Shown here: positions 29,501 to 37,478 of the stretch, piece after piece
How the letters are laid out: each line of letters opens with the position of its first letter
Position numbering within the stretch: the first letter of the stretch is position 1
NCBI GenBank assembly: GCA_017621695.1
Contig: JAGASP010000127.1
Coordinates: 2,681-66,680, forward strand
Source: Clostridia bacterium
Lineage (GTDB): Bacteria > Bacillota > Clostridia > Oscillospirales > CAG-272
Direction: 5' to 3'
Length of the DNA stretch: 64,000 nt
Notes under the pieces: generated by a model
Told to the model about the DNA's origin: nothing
Database searches by the model: none
Seen by the model: the letters and a program-made list of their open reading frames with translations, nothing else
Made by a program: the position numbers and the translations under genes

Positions 29501-30071
29501 AGTGGAGGATGACAAGAACTGGGAGACCTTTGAGTATATGCTCAACCGCGAAAATCCCACCGCCGACAAGGCCACGCTGGAGAGATCCACGGGCGGCTGG
29601 AACTGGGAGAAGGTGGCTGAGGTGGCCTATACCGTGGATAGTGATACCATGGTGGTGACCATCCCTCGCGCCGCGCTGGGAATTGGTGAAGATGACTTCA
29701 CCGTGAACTTCAAGTGGAGTGACAATATGCAGAAGGACGGCGACATCATGGAGTTCTACGTCAGCGGTGACGTGGCGCCCGGTGCGCGCTTCAAGTACAG
29801 CTTTACCTCTTTGAGCGCATCCGTAGAGGATCCTGAAACAAGCGCACCCTCCGAGACCGAAACCGTCCGTGAGCCTGAGTCTGTCGTTATAGGGACAGAT
29901 GACGAGACCGAAACCGTCCGTGAACCGGGTTCTTTCGTTGCAGAGACAGGCATTGAGACCCATCCTTCGGAGGATGAGGGCTGCCGTTCTGCCGTTGGTG
30001 CTACCTGCGTCGGTACTATGGTGGCTGCCGCTGCAGCCGTTGCACTGCGAAAAAAGAAAGAAGAAGAATAA
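26562..30071 (+). CDS. Giant secreted putative glycoside hydrolase: signal peptide, CBM6/35-like module, beta-rich modules, WNEW-type TIM-barrel-like domain, C-terminal beta-sandwich, GC-x-SA/TM/RKKK tail
   Basis: Signal peptide MKKLNFKRILAATLAVLLIMSNFAVLPVIAED. CBM-like IVFGEIFTDADKGTAFGGNL...GKHTVRVTMGGDGPNLYSMKLIP. Barrel-like YVGIFYHTWHS...WNEPLWGYYNNGIDRWVLRKQAELLADAGVDVVFFDNTNG...YITGWNEWQVG. Tail EDEGCRSAVGATCVGTMVAAAAAVALRKKKEEE. The enzyme family was not identified. Confidence 0.75.
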   Translation: MKKLNFKRILAATLAVLLIMSNFAVLPVIAEDATSVSDSQVTEIVFGEIFTDADKGTAFGGNLYLEKTMGPVYFDGVRNGDFFEFDINIEKAGNYDLCFSFGWLDDTGTYNISLDGGDPVTLRNTVTGRGWRTWCDSSRVKVNFTQGKHTVRVTMGGDGPNLYSMKLIPEGVNAGSNAQNDAALQDENSSAGAKVISSSAAIQFNCTATFFALDLASASWNNNLGSLRLSLYKWDTSYDKTLKGEPLASKDYIDFPDNTVLTFSFDDMEAGEYLLYIKNISENPAEEVGSWGNEKPRENVRSYHADAISDFCPAVWLKYRSDAEAPFGPISDVDPNAVELAPSESDLYPWGDTVEYKMNADALYGVQFNATADFGGVEVYIPTVPVGDNTLTLSLYKWDGNYSQTVKGEPLTTTTLKNVNRSSWARLPYSKATVGEYLLVVSNGTEGMTVGFVEQVSDKANHYLYTSKAGISLVARTVGNAEVTVPTAPTAQDFITNDSVYWVGTDGLDRVLPNASETGEKREGKYVGIFYHTWHSAFAYRDVINVTELLKQYPEAKNDFYHSAWNGQTNCFWNEPLWGYYNNGIDRWVLRKQAELLADAGVDVVFFDNTNGTMNFIDAILTLCEVWAEARADGVRTPQISAMLNMYAYNETAIQIKELYDRIYSKGLYQDLWFYWDEKPLLLAYPEEVKRLENGKDIYNFFSYRPINTSYNEDQELIKQSEVSNRITFAPPAGFRKYTQWKWISVYPQEKMYLKGTKQVEEMCVCVAQNWSDKQGLTPMNAGDMVFGRGYTNKYGVNTSDEAVMAGLNIAEQWEYVLEVDPTFVYITGWNEWQVGRTTEMWGYPNALPDNATDGYSRDIEPSTGMLKDHFYNQMVSYIRKFKGMNTQPVSSGAVKVDAAADIDWSAVTPVYRAYEGNTLHRDYDGYKDYHYTNTTGRNDFVESRVTYDTENLYFMVKTAEAITPHTDKAWMRLFIDVVGVEDDKNWETFEYMLNRENPTADKATLERSTGGWNWEKVAEVAYTVDSDTMVVTIPRAALGIGEDDFTVNFKWSDNMQKDGDIMEFYVSGDVAPGARFKYSFTSLSASVEDPETSAPSETETVREPESVVIGTDDETETVREPGSFVAETGIETHPSEDEGCRSAVGATCVGTMVAAAAAVALRKKKEEE

Positions 30072-30122
30072 CTCGAGAGTCTTTCTTTGAAACGTTCCAA
30101 TGCTTATGTGAACCCTTTCTAA

Positions 30123-30156
30123 ATGGGAGCTGCTCCCCCGCCCGTAAGGGTGGGGG
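30123..30156 (+). repeat. 34-nt intergenic repeat/hairpin, copy 1
   Basis: ATGGGAGCTGCTCCCCCGCCCGTAAGGGTGGGGG, identical to 34776-34809. It contains CCCCCGCCC, loop GTAA, GGGTGGGGG (a GNRA-type loop, one G-U pair) and an overlapping GGGAGC-T-GCTCCC palindrome. Confidence 0.9.
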
Positions 30157-30207
30157 CGTAAGCATTGCAAATGAAAAACAGCAAATTTATCGAAAGGAGA
30201 ATTCGTT

Positions 30208-31674
30208 ATGAAACGATGGCTTTCTTTTTTTATGGCATTTTTAATGCTTTTCTCCTTTGTTTCTTGTGCTACGGTTCAAGAGCCGGAGGATACCCAGGCC
30301 CAAACGGCAGAGGGAAACGTTTCTGCATCGGATGAGACAGAAGAGGAGGAAACTGATTTTTTCCCGGATATAGAGCGTAACGATTATAAGAAAGAGGTAT
30401 TCCGCATGATCGGTTTTGATGCCCCGGGTTACTGGTATTATTCCGAGGAATACAGTACGCAGCAGGGAAGTAGCCATATTCTTAACAATACCATCTACGA
30501 AATGAACACGCTTGTTGAGGAATACCTCAACGTAGAGCTCGAGTATGAGCAAATATCGCACGTCTCTACCGGCGGCGAGGTTTTTGATACGGTTCAAACC
30601 ACCATTATGTCGGGGGATGATGTTTATCAAATGTGTATTCTGCATCCGTATTACAGCTACACGAATTTTATTAATAAAAATTATGTGCTGGATTTTTACG
30701 AGCTTCCGGATGTGAATGTAGAACAGCCCTACTGGAATAAGGATGTGATGGAGAAGCTCTCCATCAACGATCACGCTTATATCGGTCTTGGCGATATTTG
30801 CAAATACACTGTTGGAATTATCTATTGTAACAAGGATATGCTGAATCATGCAGGACTTGCGGTTCCATATGATAAAGTTCGCAACGGCGATTGGACGCTG
30901 GATGAGTTCTTTTCCATGACGACAGGACTTTATTCCGATAACGGAGACGGCAACCGAGACAATAAGGACATTTATGGATTTGCCTCCTTGTGGGATGCCA
31001 ACGCTTCGTCTTTTATGCAGGCATGCGACATTTATATTGCCACACGGAATGAAGAGGGAATATTTGAGCTTTCCATGTACGGAGATCGGTTGGTCAATAT
31101 GTACGATAAGCTTTATAACTGGACCCAAAATGAAAGCACATATATTTGGAACTTTGCGAATAAGTACAACGATAGCGTAAATATTGATTTTTTAAACAGT
31201 CAAGCCTATTTTACTCATGCTGATCTGGGAACGCAATATCTATCCGCAGAGTTTGATGTGGGTATGTTACCTATGCCTAAATACGACAAGCAGCAAGAGG
31301 AATATGCTCATGTGAACTGGGGTAACAACATCGTCCTGCCCAGTACCATTAAGAATACGGAAATGGTCGGTCAAGTGTTGGAGCTCATGGGGTACTACTC
31401 AAAGACCATGGTACAACAGAAGTATTATGATGAAGTTCTTAAACTGCGTGTATCCGATGCGCCCGATGATCGCGACATGGTAGAGCTTATTTACAATACC
31501 ATTGTATATGATCCCGGTATTGCATTCTGCGACGGTAATACCGCACTTTGGAATCTTGTCTACTTGCCTTGTTTTGCGGTCCATAACAACTCAGAGAGTA
31601 TCGCATCCTATTACAAGGGCAATTCGAGAAGTGCTGAACGCTGGCTTACGAATCTTTTTAAAGAAAAAAATTAA
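30208..31674 (+). CDS. Extracellular solute-binding lipoprotein (family-1 ABC SBP-like), no cognate permease genes nearby
   Basis: Signal/lipobox MKRWLSFFMAFLMLFSFVSC. Size (~490 aa), the acidic linker and the overall pattern resemble the large sugar-binding lipoproteins of Firmicutes polysaccharide loci. The assignment is by resemblance only. Confidence 0.5.
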   Translation: MKRWLSFFMAFLMLFSFVSCATVQEPEDTQAQTAEGNVSASDETEEEETDFFPDIERNDYKKEVFRMIGFDAPGYWYYSEEYSTQQGSSHILNNTIYEMNTLVEEYLNVELEYEQISHVSTGGEVFDTVQTTIMSGDDVYQMCILHPYYSYTNFINKNYVLDFYELPDVNVEQPYWNKDVMEKLSINDHAYIGLGDICKYTVGIIYCNKDMLNHAGLAVPYDKVRNGDWTLDEFFSMTTGLYSDNGDGNRDNKDIYGFASLWDANASSFMQACDIYIATRNEEGIFELSMYGDRLVNMYDKLYNWTQNESTYIWNFANKYNDSVNIDFLNSQAYFTHADLGTQYLSAEFDVGMLPMPKYDKQQEEYAHVNWGNNIVLPSTIKNTEMVGQVLELMGYYSKTMVQQKYYDEVLKLRVSDAPDDRDMVELIYNTIVYDPGIAFCDGNTALWNLVYLPCFAVHNNSESIASYYKGNSRSAERWLTNLFKEKN

Positions 31675-31691
31675 GGAATACAAAATAACGT

Positions 31692-34688
31692 ATGAAACAT
31701 CCAAAAAAACGTGGGTGGCGTTCTGCCGTCTGCTATCTTGTTGTTGGGGTTATGATTATGTCTACTGTGATACCCGCTATTTTGCCTCCTCTTAGGAGCT
31801 TTGCAGAGGAAAACAGTTACGAGGCTAAGAAAGCCGCGTATCGCGCAAAGCTCAAAAACGATGACGTGACTACCGATGATCTGCTCATAGGTTCATGGGT
31901 ATCCTTCTATTCTTTTGAGAAGGACAGTTATGAATATCAGTTGGATCAGATGGCTGCGGCCGGTATTAATTTCAATATGTTCCCCCGTGATTTTGGTGCG
32001 GGTGCTATGTATGATGCGGAATATTGGAACAACGTAGAAGAGCAGTATGCCAAACGAAACATGATTTATCTTATGAACGGTAACATGGATGCGGCAAATA
32101 TTGCTATTGGCGTAAAATATGCTGCCGGCAAGGAACATTGCGTCGGTTATCATGTCGTAGATGAGCCCGGCGGTGCAGCTTTACAAGGCGTTGCGGATAT
32201 TATGCGTGAGTACCGCAAAGCAGATCCTGCCCGCTATCCCTATACCAATCTCCTCCCCAGCTATGCGGGAAGCGCTTGGTTAGGAGGATCATATCGAGAG
32301 CACGTTGAGCGTTACGTGGCATTGGTGGGTGCAGAGAACATGGAATACCTGTCCCACGACTTCTATCCCTTCCAATCAAGGGGGAATAACACCGGCATTT
32401 TTGCCGACATGGAAGTGCTTCGCTCGGTAGCCTATGAAAACGGCAAACTTAAAACCCATGCTTTTCCGCAATCGACAGCATGGAACGGTATGCGAATGCC
32501 TAACATTGATGAAATGCGCTGGAACGTTTATGCTTATCTTTCTTATGGCTTCAAGGCGCTTTCTTGGTTCAATCTTGTCTGCCCCGGAAATTCTGACACC
32601 GAGGGTGAGGGATTCCGAGATAGTTTGATCTACAGAGACGGTACCATTCGCGATCCCGAGCTTTTCGCCGCATGGAGCGAATTGAACTGGGAAATCCGAG
32701 GTCTGTCCGATGCGCTCATGAATTTGGATACAGTTCACGCATATCATACAGACAACGCCGTGTCAGGTGTGGAATATTTACCCGCTGACTTCTTTATCGT
32801 CCCCGACGGACGAGCAGACTTTGTCATTAGCTATATGGTAGCCAAAGACGGTACCGAACCCTATATGATGCTTTTCAATAAGTCCCTGCGACGTGGCGCC
32901 GATATGGAGTTCTTTGTGGATCTGTCTACGGGGATTGAAACGATAGAATATCTGGATCCGTATACGGGCGAGTACATTCCCATGGATATTTCGGAGGGAA
33001 AGCTCAGCGATTCTTTTGAGATCGGTCAAGGTAAGCTTTATCGTCTGAAGGGTGACTTCGCGTTGAGCGAAACGCCTCCCGAGGTACCTTCGGTTGATCT
33101 TGCGAGCGGTCTTTACGATGGGCCTCAAAGCGTGACGATCACTCCACCTGTTGAGGGCGCAAAGGTCTATTATACGTTGGACGGTTCGTATCCCACAGCA
33201 GAGTCTACTCTTTATGAAGGTCCCATCACCATCGGTAACACCGGTGAAGCTTCCTTCCACACGCTCCGTGTGGCGACCGTCAGAGGTGCTTCTATTAGTA
33301 AGGTTCTGACTCGCCACTACGTCATCAGCAATATTTCCACAGACGGTTCAGAGGCACATTCTCTTGCCAAAGTACCCATTGATAAGGTGCTTTCTGTGGG
33401 TAATTGGAGTACCTCAGACGGGAAAATTTCACTCAAGGGCGGCGCTGACGATGCATTGTTGAATTTCTTTATAGACACGTCTGTGACCTACGAAAATTTT
33501 CATGCTACAGGCCATTTCCGCTTTAACGAGGGATGCGGTTCAAATGCCTCTGCCGGCTTTTTCATAAAAGCCTCCGAGGGAGATGCTCATCTCTATGTCG
33601 GCATTACGCGAGGAGGTAATCTTAACGTATATTGCAACGGTAAACGGATCCAGCTTCCGGATGTTCAAGGTAAGACCGTAAATGTGTTGGATGGATTCAC
33701 TCTATGTGTAACGCTCGCAGGGAAGCGTCTGCGAATTGAAGCCAACGGACAACTGCTCAGCGAAACCGTATCGGATCAGTTCGCCATCCAAGGTTGTGTA
33801 GGGGTCAATGCTACGGAGAACGGTGTTTTTACCGCCGAATCGGTCTATTTTACACCTTTGGCATCTGCCGCTCCCGAGATACAACTCGCGATGACCAAGG
33901 TACAAGACGATCCCTTGACTCTCGTTGTGAATCGCGGTATCTCCAAAGAGGAACTCCTCGAAAAACTGCCCGAAACGGCCAAGTTTTCAGACGAGGAAGG
34001 AAAAACGGCGGGATATACCTTGACATGGGAAATGGAGGAACTTGATACATCTTCGGGTGGAACGTATGTTCTGAAGGGCTATCCTGACATTCCCGATGGA
34101 AGCTTGACAGTAAATCCTTTACAACTGTCTCTCCGTTGCACGCTTATCATTCTCCATAACCCTGATCGTACTGAGTTAAATGATGCCATTTATCTCATGG
34201 CATCCCTCAGAGAAGAGGATTATTCTCCCGAAACGTGGGCTGAGGCCGAACAAGCTTATGAAAATGCCTTGGGGCTTATGGATGCCGATGTTCCGCAAAA
34301 TGCAGTAACCGTGGCAACCGTGTTCCTAATGGAAAAAATAAACGCCTTAAATCCCACGGGTATTGACTTTACTGCATTGGATGTTGTCATTGCTTCTCTC
34401 AAGGCCTATGATCTGTCGGGGATAAACAACGAAACACGAAACGCTGTTGAACAGATTCTTGCTGAAGCTGAAGCTTTCAGTCGTACAGGTCCCGTGACCC
34501 AGAACGCAGTCAATGATCTGGTCGCCCAATTGACCGCTACCGAGGAAGCTTTGAAAACAGCGGAAACGGTTACCGAAAATAACGTAGAGGAATCTGGTTG
34601 TTCTTCTGCCATGGGGACTACTTGCGCTGGAATTATTCTGACGACAGGTGCCGCTGTGGCGCTTAGGAAAAAGAAAGAAACCCAATAG
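31692..34688 (+). CDS. Giant secreted putative glycoside hydrolase: TIM-barrel-like N-domain, CHB_HEX_C-like, LamG/DUF1080-like, FIVAR-like helices, GC-x-SA/TM/RKKK tail
   Basis: Signal/TM MKHPKKRGWRSAVCYLVVGVMIMSTVIPAILPPLRSFAEE. GYHVVDEPGG and YPYTNLLPSYA...LSHDFYPF (clan GH-A-like by eye). SGLYDGPQSVTITPPVEGAKVYYTLDGSYPT (chitobiase C-terminal-like). PDRTELNDAIYLMASLREEDYSPETWAEAEQAYENA (FIVAR-like). Tail VEESGCSSAMGTTCAGIILTTGAAVALRKKKETQ. Confidence 0.7.
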   Translation: MKHPKKRGWRSAVCYLVVGVMIMSTVIPAILPPLRSFAEENSYEAKKAAYRAKLKNDDVTTDDLLIGSWVSFYSFEKDSYEYQLDQMAAAGINFNMFPRDFGAGAMYDAEYWNNVEEQYAKRNMIYLMNGNMDAANIAIGVKYAAGKEHCVGYHVVDEPGGAALQGVADIMREYRKADPARYPYTNLLPSYAGSAWLGGSYREHVERYVALVGAENMEYLSHDFYPFQSRGNNTGIFADMEVLRSVAYENGKLKTHAFPQSTAWNGMRMPNIDEMRWNVYAYLSYGFKALSWFNLVCPGNSDTEGEGFRDSLIYRDGTIRDPELFAAWSELNWEIRGLSDALMNLDTVHAYHTDNAVSGVEYLPADFFIVPDGRADFVISYMVAKDGTEPYMMLFNKSLRRGADMEFFVDLSTGIETIEYLDPYTGEYIPMDISEGKLSDSFEIGQGKLYRLKGDFALSETPPEVPSVDLASGLYDGPQSVTITPPVEGAKVYYTLDGSYPTAESTLYEGPITIGNTGEASFHTLRVATVRGASISKVLTRHYVISNISTDGSEAHSLAKVPIDKVLSVGNWSTSDGKISLKGGADDALLNFFIDTSVTYENFHATGHFRFNEGCGSNASAGFFIKASEGDAHLYVGITRGGNLNVYCNGKRIQLPDVQGKTVNVLDGFTLCVTLAGKRLRIEANGQLLSETVSDQFAIQGCVGVNATENGVFTAESVYFTPLASAAPEIQLAMTKVQDDPLTLVVNRGISKEELLEKLPETAKFSDEEGKTAGYTLTWEMEELDTSSGGTYVLKGYPDIPDGSLTVNPLQLSLRCTLIILHNPDRTELNDAIYLMASLREEDYSPETWAEAEQAYENALGLMDADVPQNAVTVATVFLMEKINALNPTGIDFTALDVVIASLKAYDLSGINNETRNAVEQILAEAEAFSRTGPVTQNAVNDLVAQLTATEEALKTAETVTENNVEESGCSSAMGTTCAGIILTTGAAVALRKKKETQ

Positions 34689-34775
34689 TCATTTATTTGA
34701 TGAATAAAACAAATTCATCGCACCATTTTGTTGTCTTTTGGAACTTTTGATTTTGTTCATGTCTCTCCTTTTCAT

Positions 34776-34809
34776 ATGGGAGCTGCTCCCCCGCCCGTAA
34801 GGGTGGGGG
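34776..34809 (+). repeat. 34-nt intergenic repeat/hairpin, copy 2 (terminator-like)
   Basis: Identical to 30123-30156. Here the stem extends to CTCCCCCGCCC/GGGTGGGGGAG and is followed by TTTTC. Confidence 0.9.
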
Positions 34810-34929
34810 AGTTTTCAAAAAAGACATCTCAAATATGTGCTGCGATATACGCTATCCCGTTGTTTTAGTTATATGGTATAAATATAAAAATAATAGGCGG
34901 AAAATGATTTTCGTTCAAAAAGGAGACCT

Positions 34930-37194
34930 ATGAAAAAAACTTGTATTTCGAAGGGCTGGAGTATTCATTCCCCCCATTATCAGGGCCCGATTGATTTGCC
35001 CAACGACTATTCCGTAACTGCTCCGCGTGATAAAAATGCCCCGGGAGGCGGTGATAACGGCTACTTCGTGGGTGGTACGGGACGATATCAAAAGGAACTG
35101 ACAGTGGACGCCCTCTCAAGCCACTATATTTTAGACGTGGACGGCGCGTATATGTGTGCCACGGTCTACTGCAACGGGTACGCCCTGGTCACCCACCCCC
35201 ACGGCTATGCCCCCATTCTGGTAGATCTCACCTCGTATATCCGATCGGGGGAGAACAACACTTTGGACATCGTGACACGAGGGCTTCAGCCCTCCACCCG
35301 CTGGTATTCGGGGGCGGGGGTCTACCGCGATGTGTTCCTGTGGCAGGGAAGCGATATTCGTATCGAGCCTTGGGATAAATTCATCTGCACTCCCACCACC
35401 GACACCGTAAAGGCGTCCTACGAGATCAGCGCGGATCGGGATGCCGAGGTAACGGTCTCGGTGACGGTCTGCGATGGAGATGATGCCATTGTGTGCGATG
35501 CCAAGAACGTTCGCGTTGTTGCCGAGAGGAAAACGAGTGTTGCATTTGAACTGTTCTTACCTGACGTACGTCTGTGGGATACGGAGGATCCCTACCTCTA
35601 TACCCTGCGTACGACGGTCACCGAGAACGGTATCGAAAAGGATACCGACGAGACGGCCTTTGGTGTGCGTGTCTTTACCGTGGACGCAGAGAATGGCCTC
35701 CGCCTCAATGGCAAACCTATGAAGCTCCGCGGCGGTTGCATCCATCACGATCACGGTGTTTTAGGTGCGGCTGATTATCCTGCCGCTTGTCGCCGCAAAA
35801 TATCTTTACTGAAAAAAGCGGGATTCAACGCGGTACGCATAGCGCACAATCCTCCCTCCTTGAACTTGCTGGAAATTTGTGACGAGCTTGGTATGATCGT
35901 GATGGACGAGGCGTTTGATTGTTGGCGGAGAGAAAAGGGCGGTGTGCTCAACTATCACGTATGGTTCGACGATTGGTGGGCGAGAGATATTGCCGCTATG
36001 GTGTTGCGTGACAGGAATCATCCCTGCGTGCTGTTTTATTCGATTGGTAACGAGATTCCCGAAAGCGATGGATTGACAGACGGGGATATTTGGTCAGCTC
36101 GATTGGTCAATGAGGTACGGAAATATGATGCTACCCGTCCTGTGACAGCGGCGGTGTTTCCCAACATAGATCAAGGCGTGTGGGGAGAGCGCACAGAAAG
36201 TTATTTGGCTCCCTTGGATATTTGCGGGTATAATTATCTCTTCTTCCGCTATGCCAAGGATCATGAATTATACCCAAAACGAGTGATCTGGGGTTCAGAG
36301 ACTCAGGTCTTGAATTTCTATCAATCTTGGAAGGCTACTTTGGAGAACAACCATGTGATTGGAGATTTTACTTGGACTGCTTACGATAATCTTGGTGAGG
36401 CGGGAATGGGTAAATATCTTTGGGAACGTGACGGCAAAGTTGAAGGAATCGGTATTGCAGAGTATCCTTGGCGAGCTTGCTATCAAGGGGACTTTGATCT
36501 TTGCGGCTACCGTAGACCCCAGTCTTACTTTAGAGAAGCGGTTTGGATCGGTGGTATTGAGCCTCGCATTTTCACAACACATCCCGAGCATTACGGAGAA
36601 GGGTTTACAGGTACCGGTTGGCATTGGCATGACGTACAGGATACATGGACTTTCGAGGATCATTATATTGGAAAACCCGTTACGTGCGAGGTATATACCG
36701 ATGCAGATGAAATTGTTTGGTTCCTTAATGGTCGGGAGATTGGAAGAAGTACTCCTATTGAGGCTATCGCCACTTTGGATATTCTTTATGAAAAGGGGGA
36801 GTTGGCGGTTGTTGCCTACAAGAACAATGAGATTTGCGGTACTTCTTGCCTTCATACTGCCGGCAAGCCCACCCAAGTGCTTATGAAGGCTGAATCCTCT
36901 ACTTTTAAGGCGGATGCTAGAGATCTATGCTATTTCGATATTACCATAGCAGATGAAAACGGTCATCGTGTGCCAGATGCAAAATCTTTGCTTTATGCCA
37001 CGGTGGAAGGCGGAAAGCTCTTGGGACTTTTCAGCGGTGATCCGGCCAACGAAGATCAATATGGGTCTGATAGCTGTCATGCTTATGAAGGTCGCGCCAT
37101 TGCCATCGTTATGACTGATCAGCCCGGAAACATAAAACTTACTGTCACGAGCCAAGGGCTTTTGGATGGATCTCATATGATCAAGTCAGAATAG
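34930..37194 (+). CDS. GH2-family glycoside hydrolase (beta-galactosidase-like), cytoplasmic
   Basis: SD AAAAGGAGA. Sugar-binding domain (YILDVDGAYMCATVYCNGYALVTHPHGYAPILVDLTSYIRSGENNTLDIV...GVYRDVFL). LWDTEDPYLYTL. Catalytic barrel (LNGKPMKLRGGCIHHDHGVLGAA..., GFNAVRIAHNPPS, HPCVLFYSIGNEIPE). Confidence 0.9.
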   Translation: MKKTCISKGWSIHSPHYQGPIDLPNDYSVTAPRDKNAPGGGDNGYFVGGTGRYQKELTVDALSSHYILDVDGAYMCATVYCNGYALVTHPHGYAPILVDLTSYIRSGENNTLDIVTRGLQPSTRWYSGAGVYRDVFLWQGSDIRIEPWDKFICTPTTDTVKASYEISADRDAEVTVSVTVCDGDDAIVCDAKNVRVVAERKTSVAFELFLPDVRLWDTEDPYLYTLRTTVTENGIEKDTDETAFGVRVFTVDAENGLRLNGKPMKLRGGCIHHDHGVLGAADYPAACRRKISLLKKAGFNAVRIAHNPPSLNLLEICDELGMIVMDEAFDCWRREKGGVLNYHVWFDDWWARDIAAMVLRDRNHPCVLFYSIGNEIPESDGLTDGDIWSARLVNEVRKYDATRPVTAAVFPNIDQGVWGERTESYLAPLDICGYNYLFFRYAKDHELYPKRVIWGSETQVLNFYQSWKATLENNHVIGDFTWTAYDNLGEAGMGKYLWERDGKVEGIGIAEYPWRACYQGDFDLCGYRRPQSYFREAVWIGGIEPRIFTTHPEHYGEGFTGTGWHWHDVQDTWTFEDHYIGKPVTCEVYTDADEIVWFLNGREIGRSTPIEAIATLDILYEKGELAVVAYKNNEICGTSCLHTAGKPTQVLMKAESSTFKADARDLCYFDITIADENGHRVPDAKSLLYATVEGGKLLGLFSGDPANEDQYGSDSCHAYEGRAIAIVMTDQPGNIKLTVTSQGLLDGSHMIKSE

Positions 37195-37371
37195 TATACA
37201 TTATTTCATCATCGAAGTTATCCCCACCGATGAAGGTGGGGAATTATAAACGTTTATTCGCGAAAATCGTTGATTCATATCAGAAAAGAAAGGACTTTGA
37301 AGGTTGACCCAAAATGCGATGGACTAACAGTTTTATTCCGCTACTTATTTCAACCAGCGGCTATACAAAGG

Positions 37372-37417
37372 CAAAAAACGGGCTTGTTCAACCTCGAAAG
37401 CATGGAAGAACAAGCCC
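37372..37417 (-). terminator. Rho-independent terminator downstream of the rumA-type gene
   Basis: GGGCTTGTTC (37380-37389) pairs with GAACAAGCCC (37408-37417). A plus-strand A-run at 37373-37378 gives a T-run after the hairpin on the minus strand. Confidence 0.65.
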
Positions 37418-37478
37418 AATATTTATATCACGCAAAAACGAGCATTTGCGAGAAAAAGAAATTTTCTAACTCCAACAT

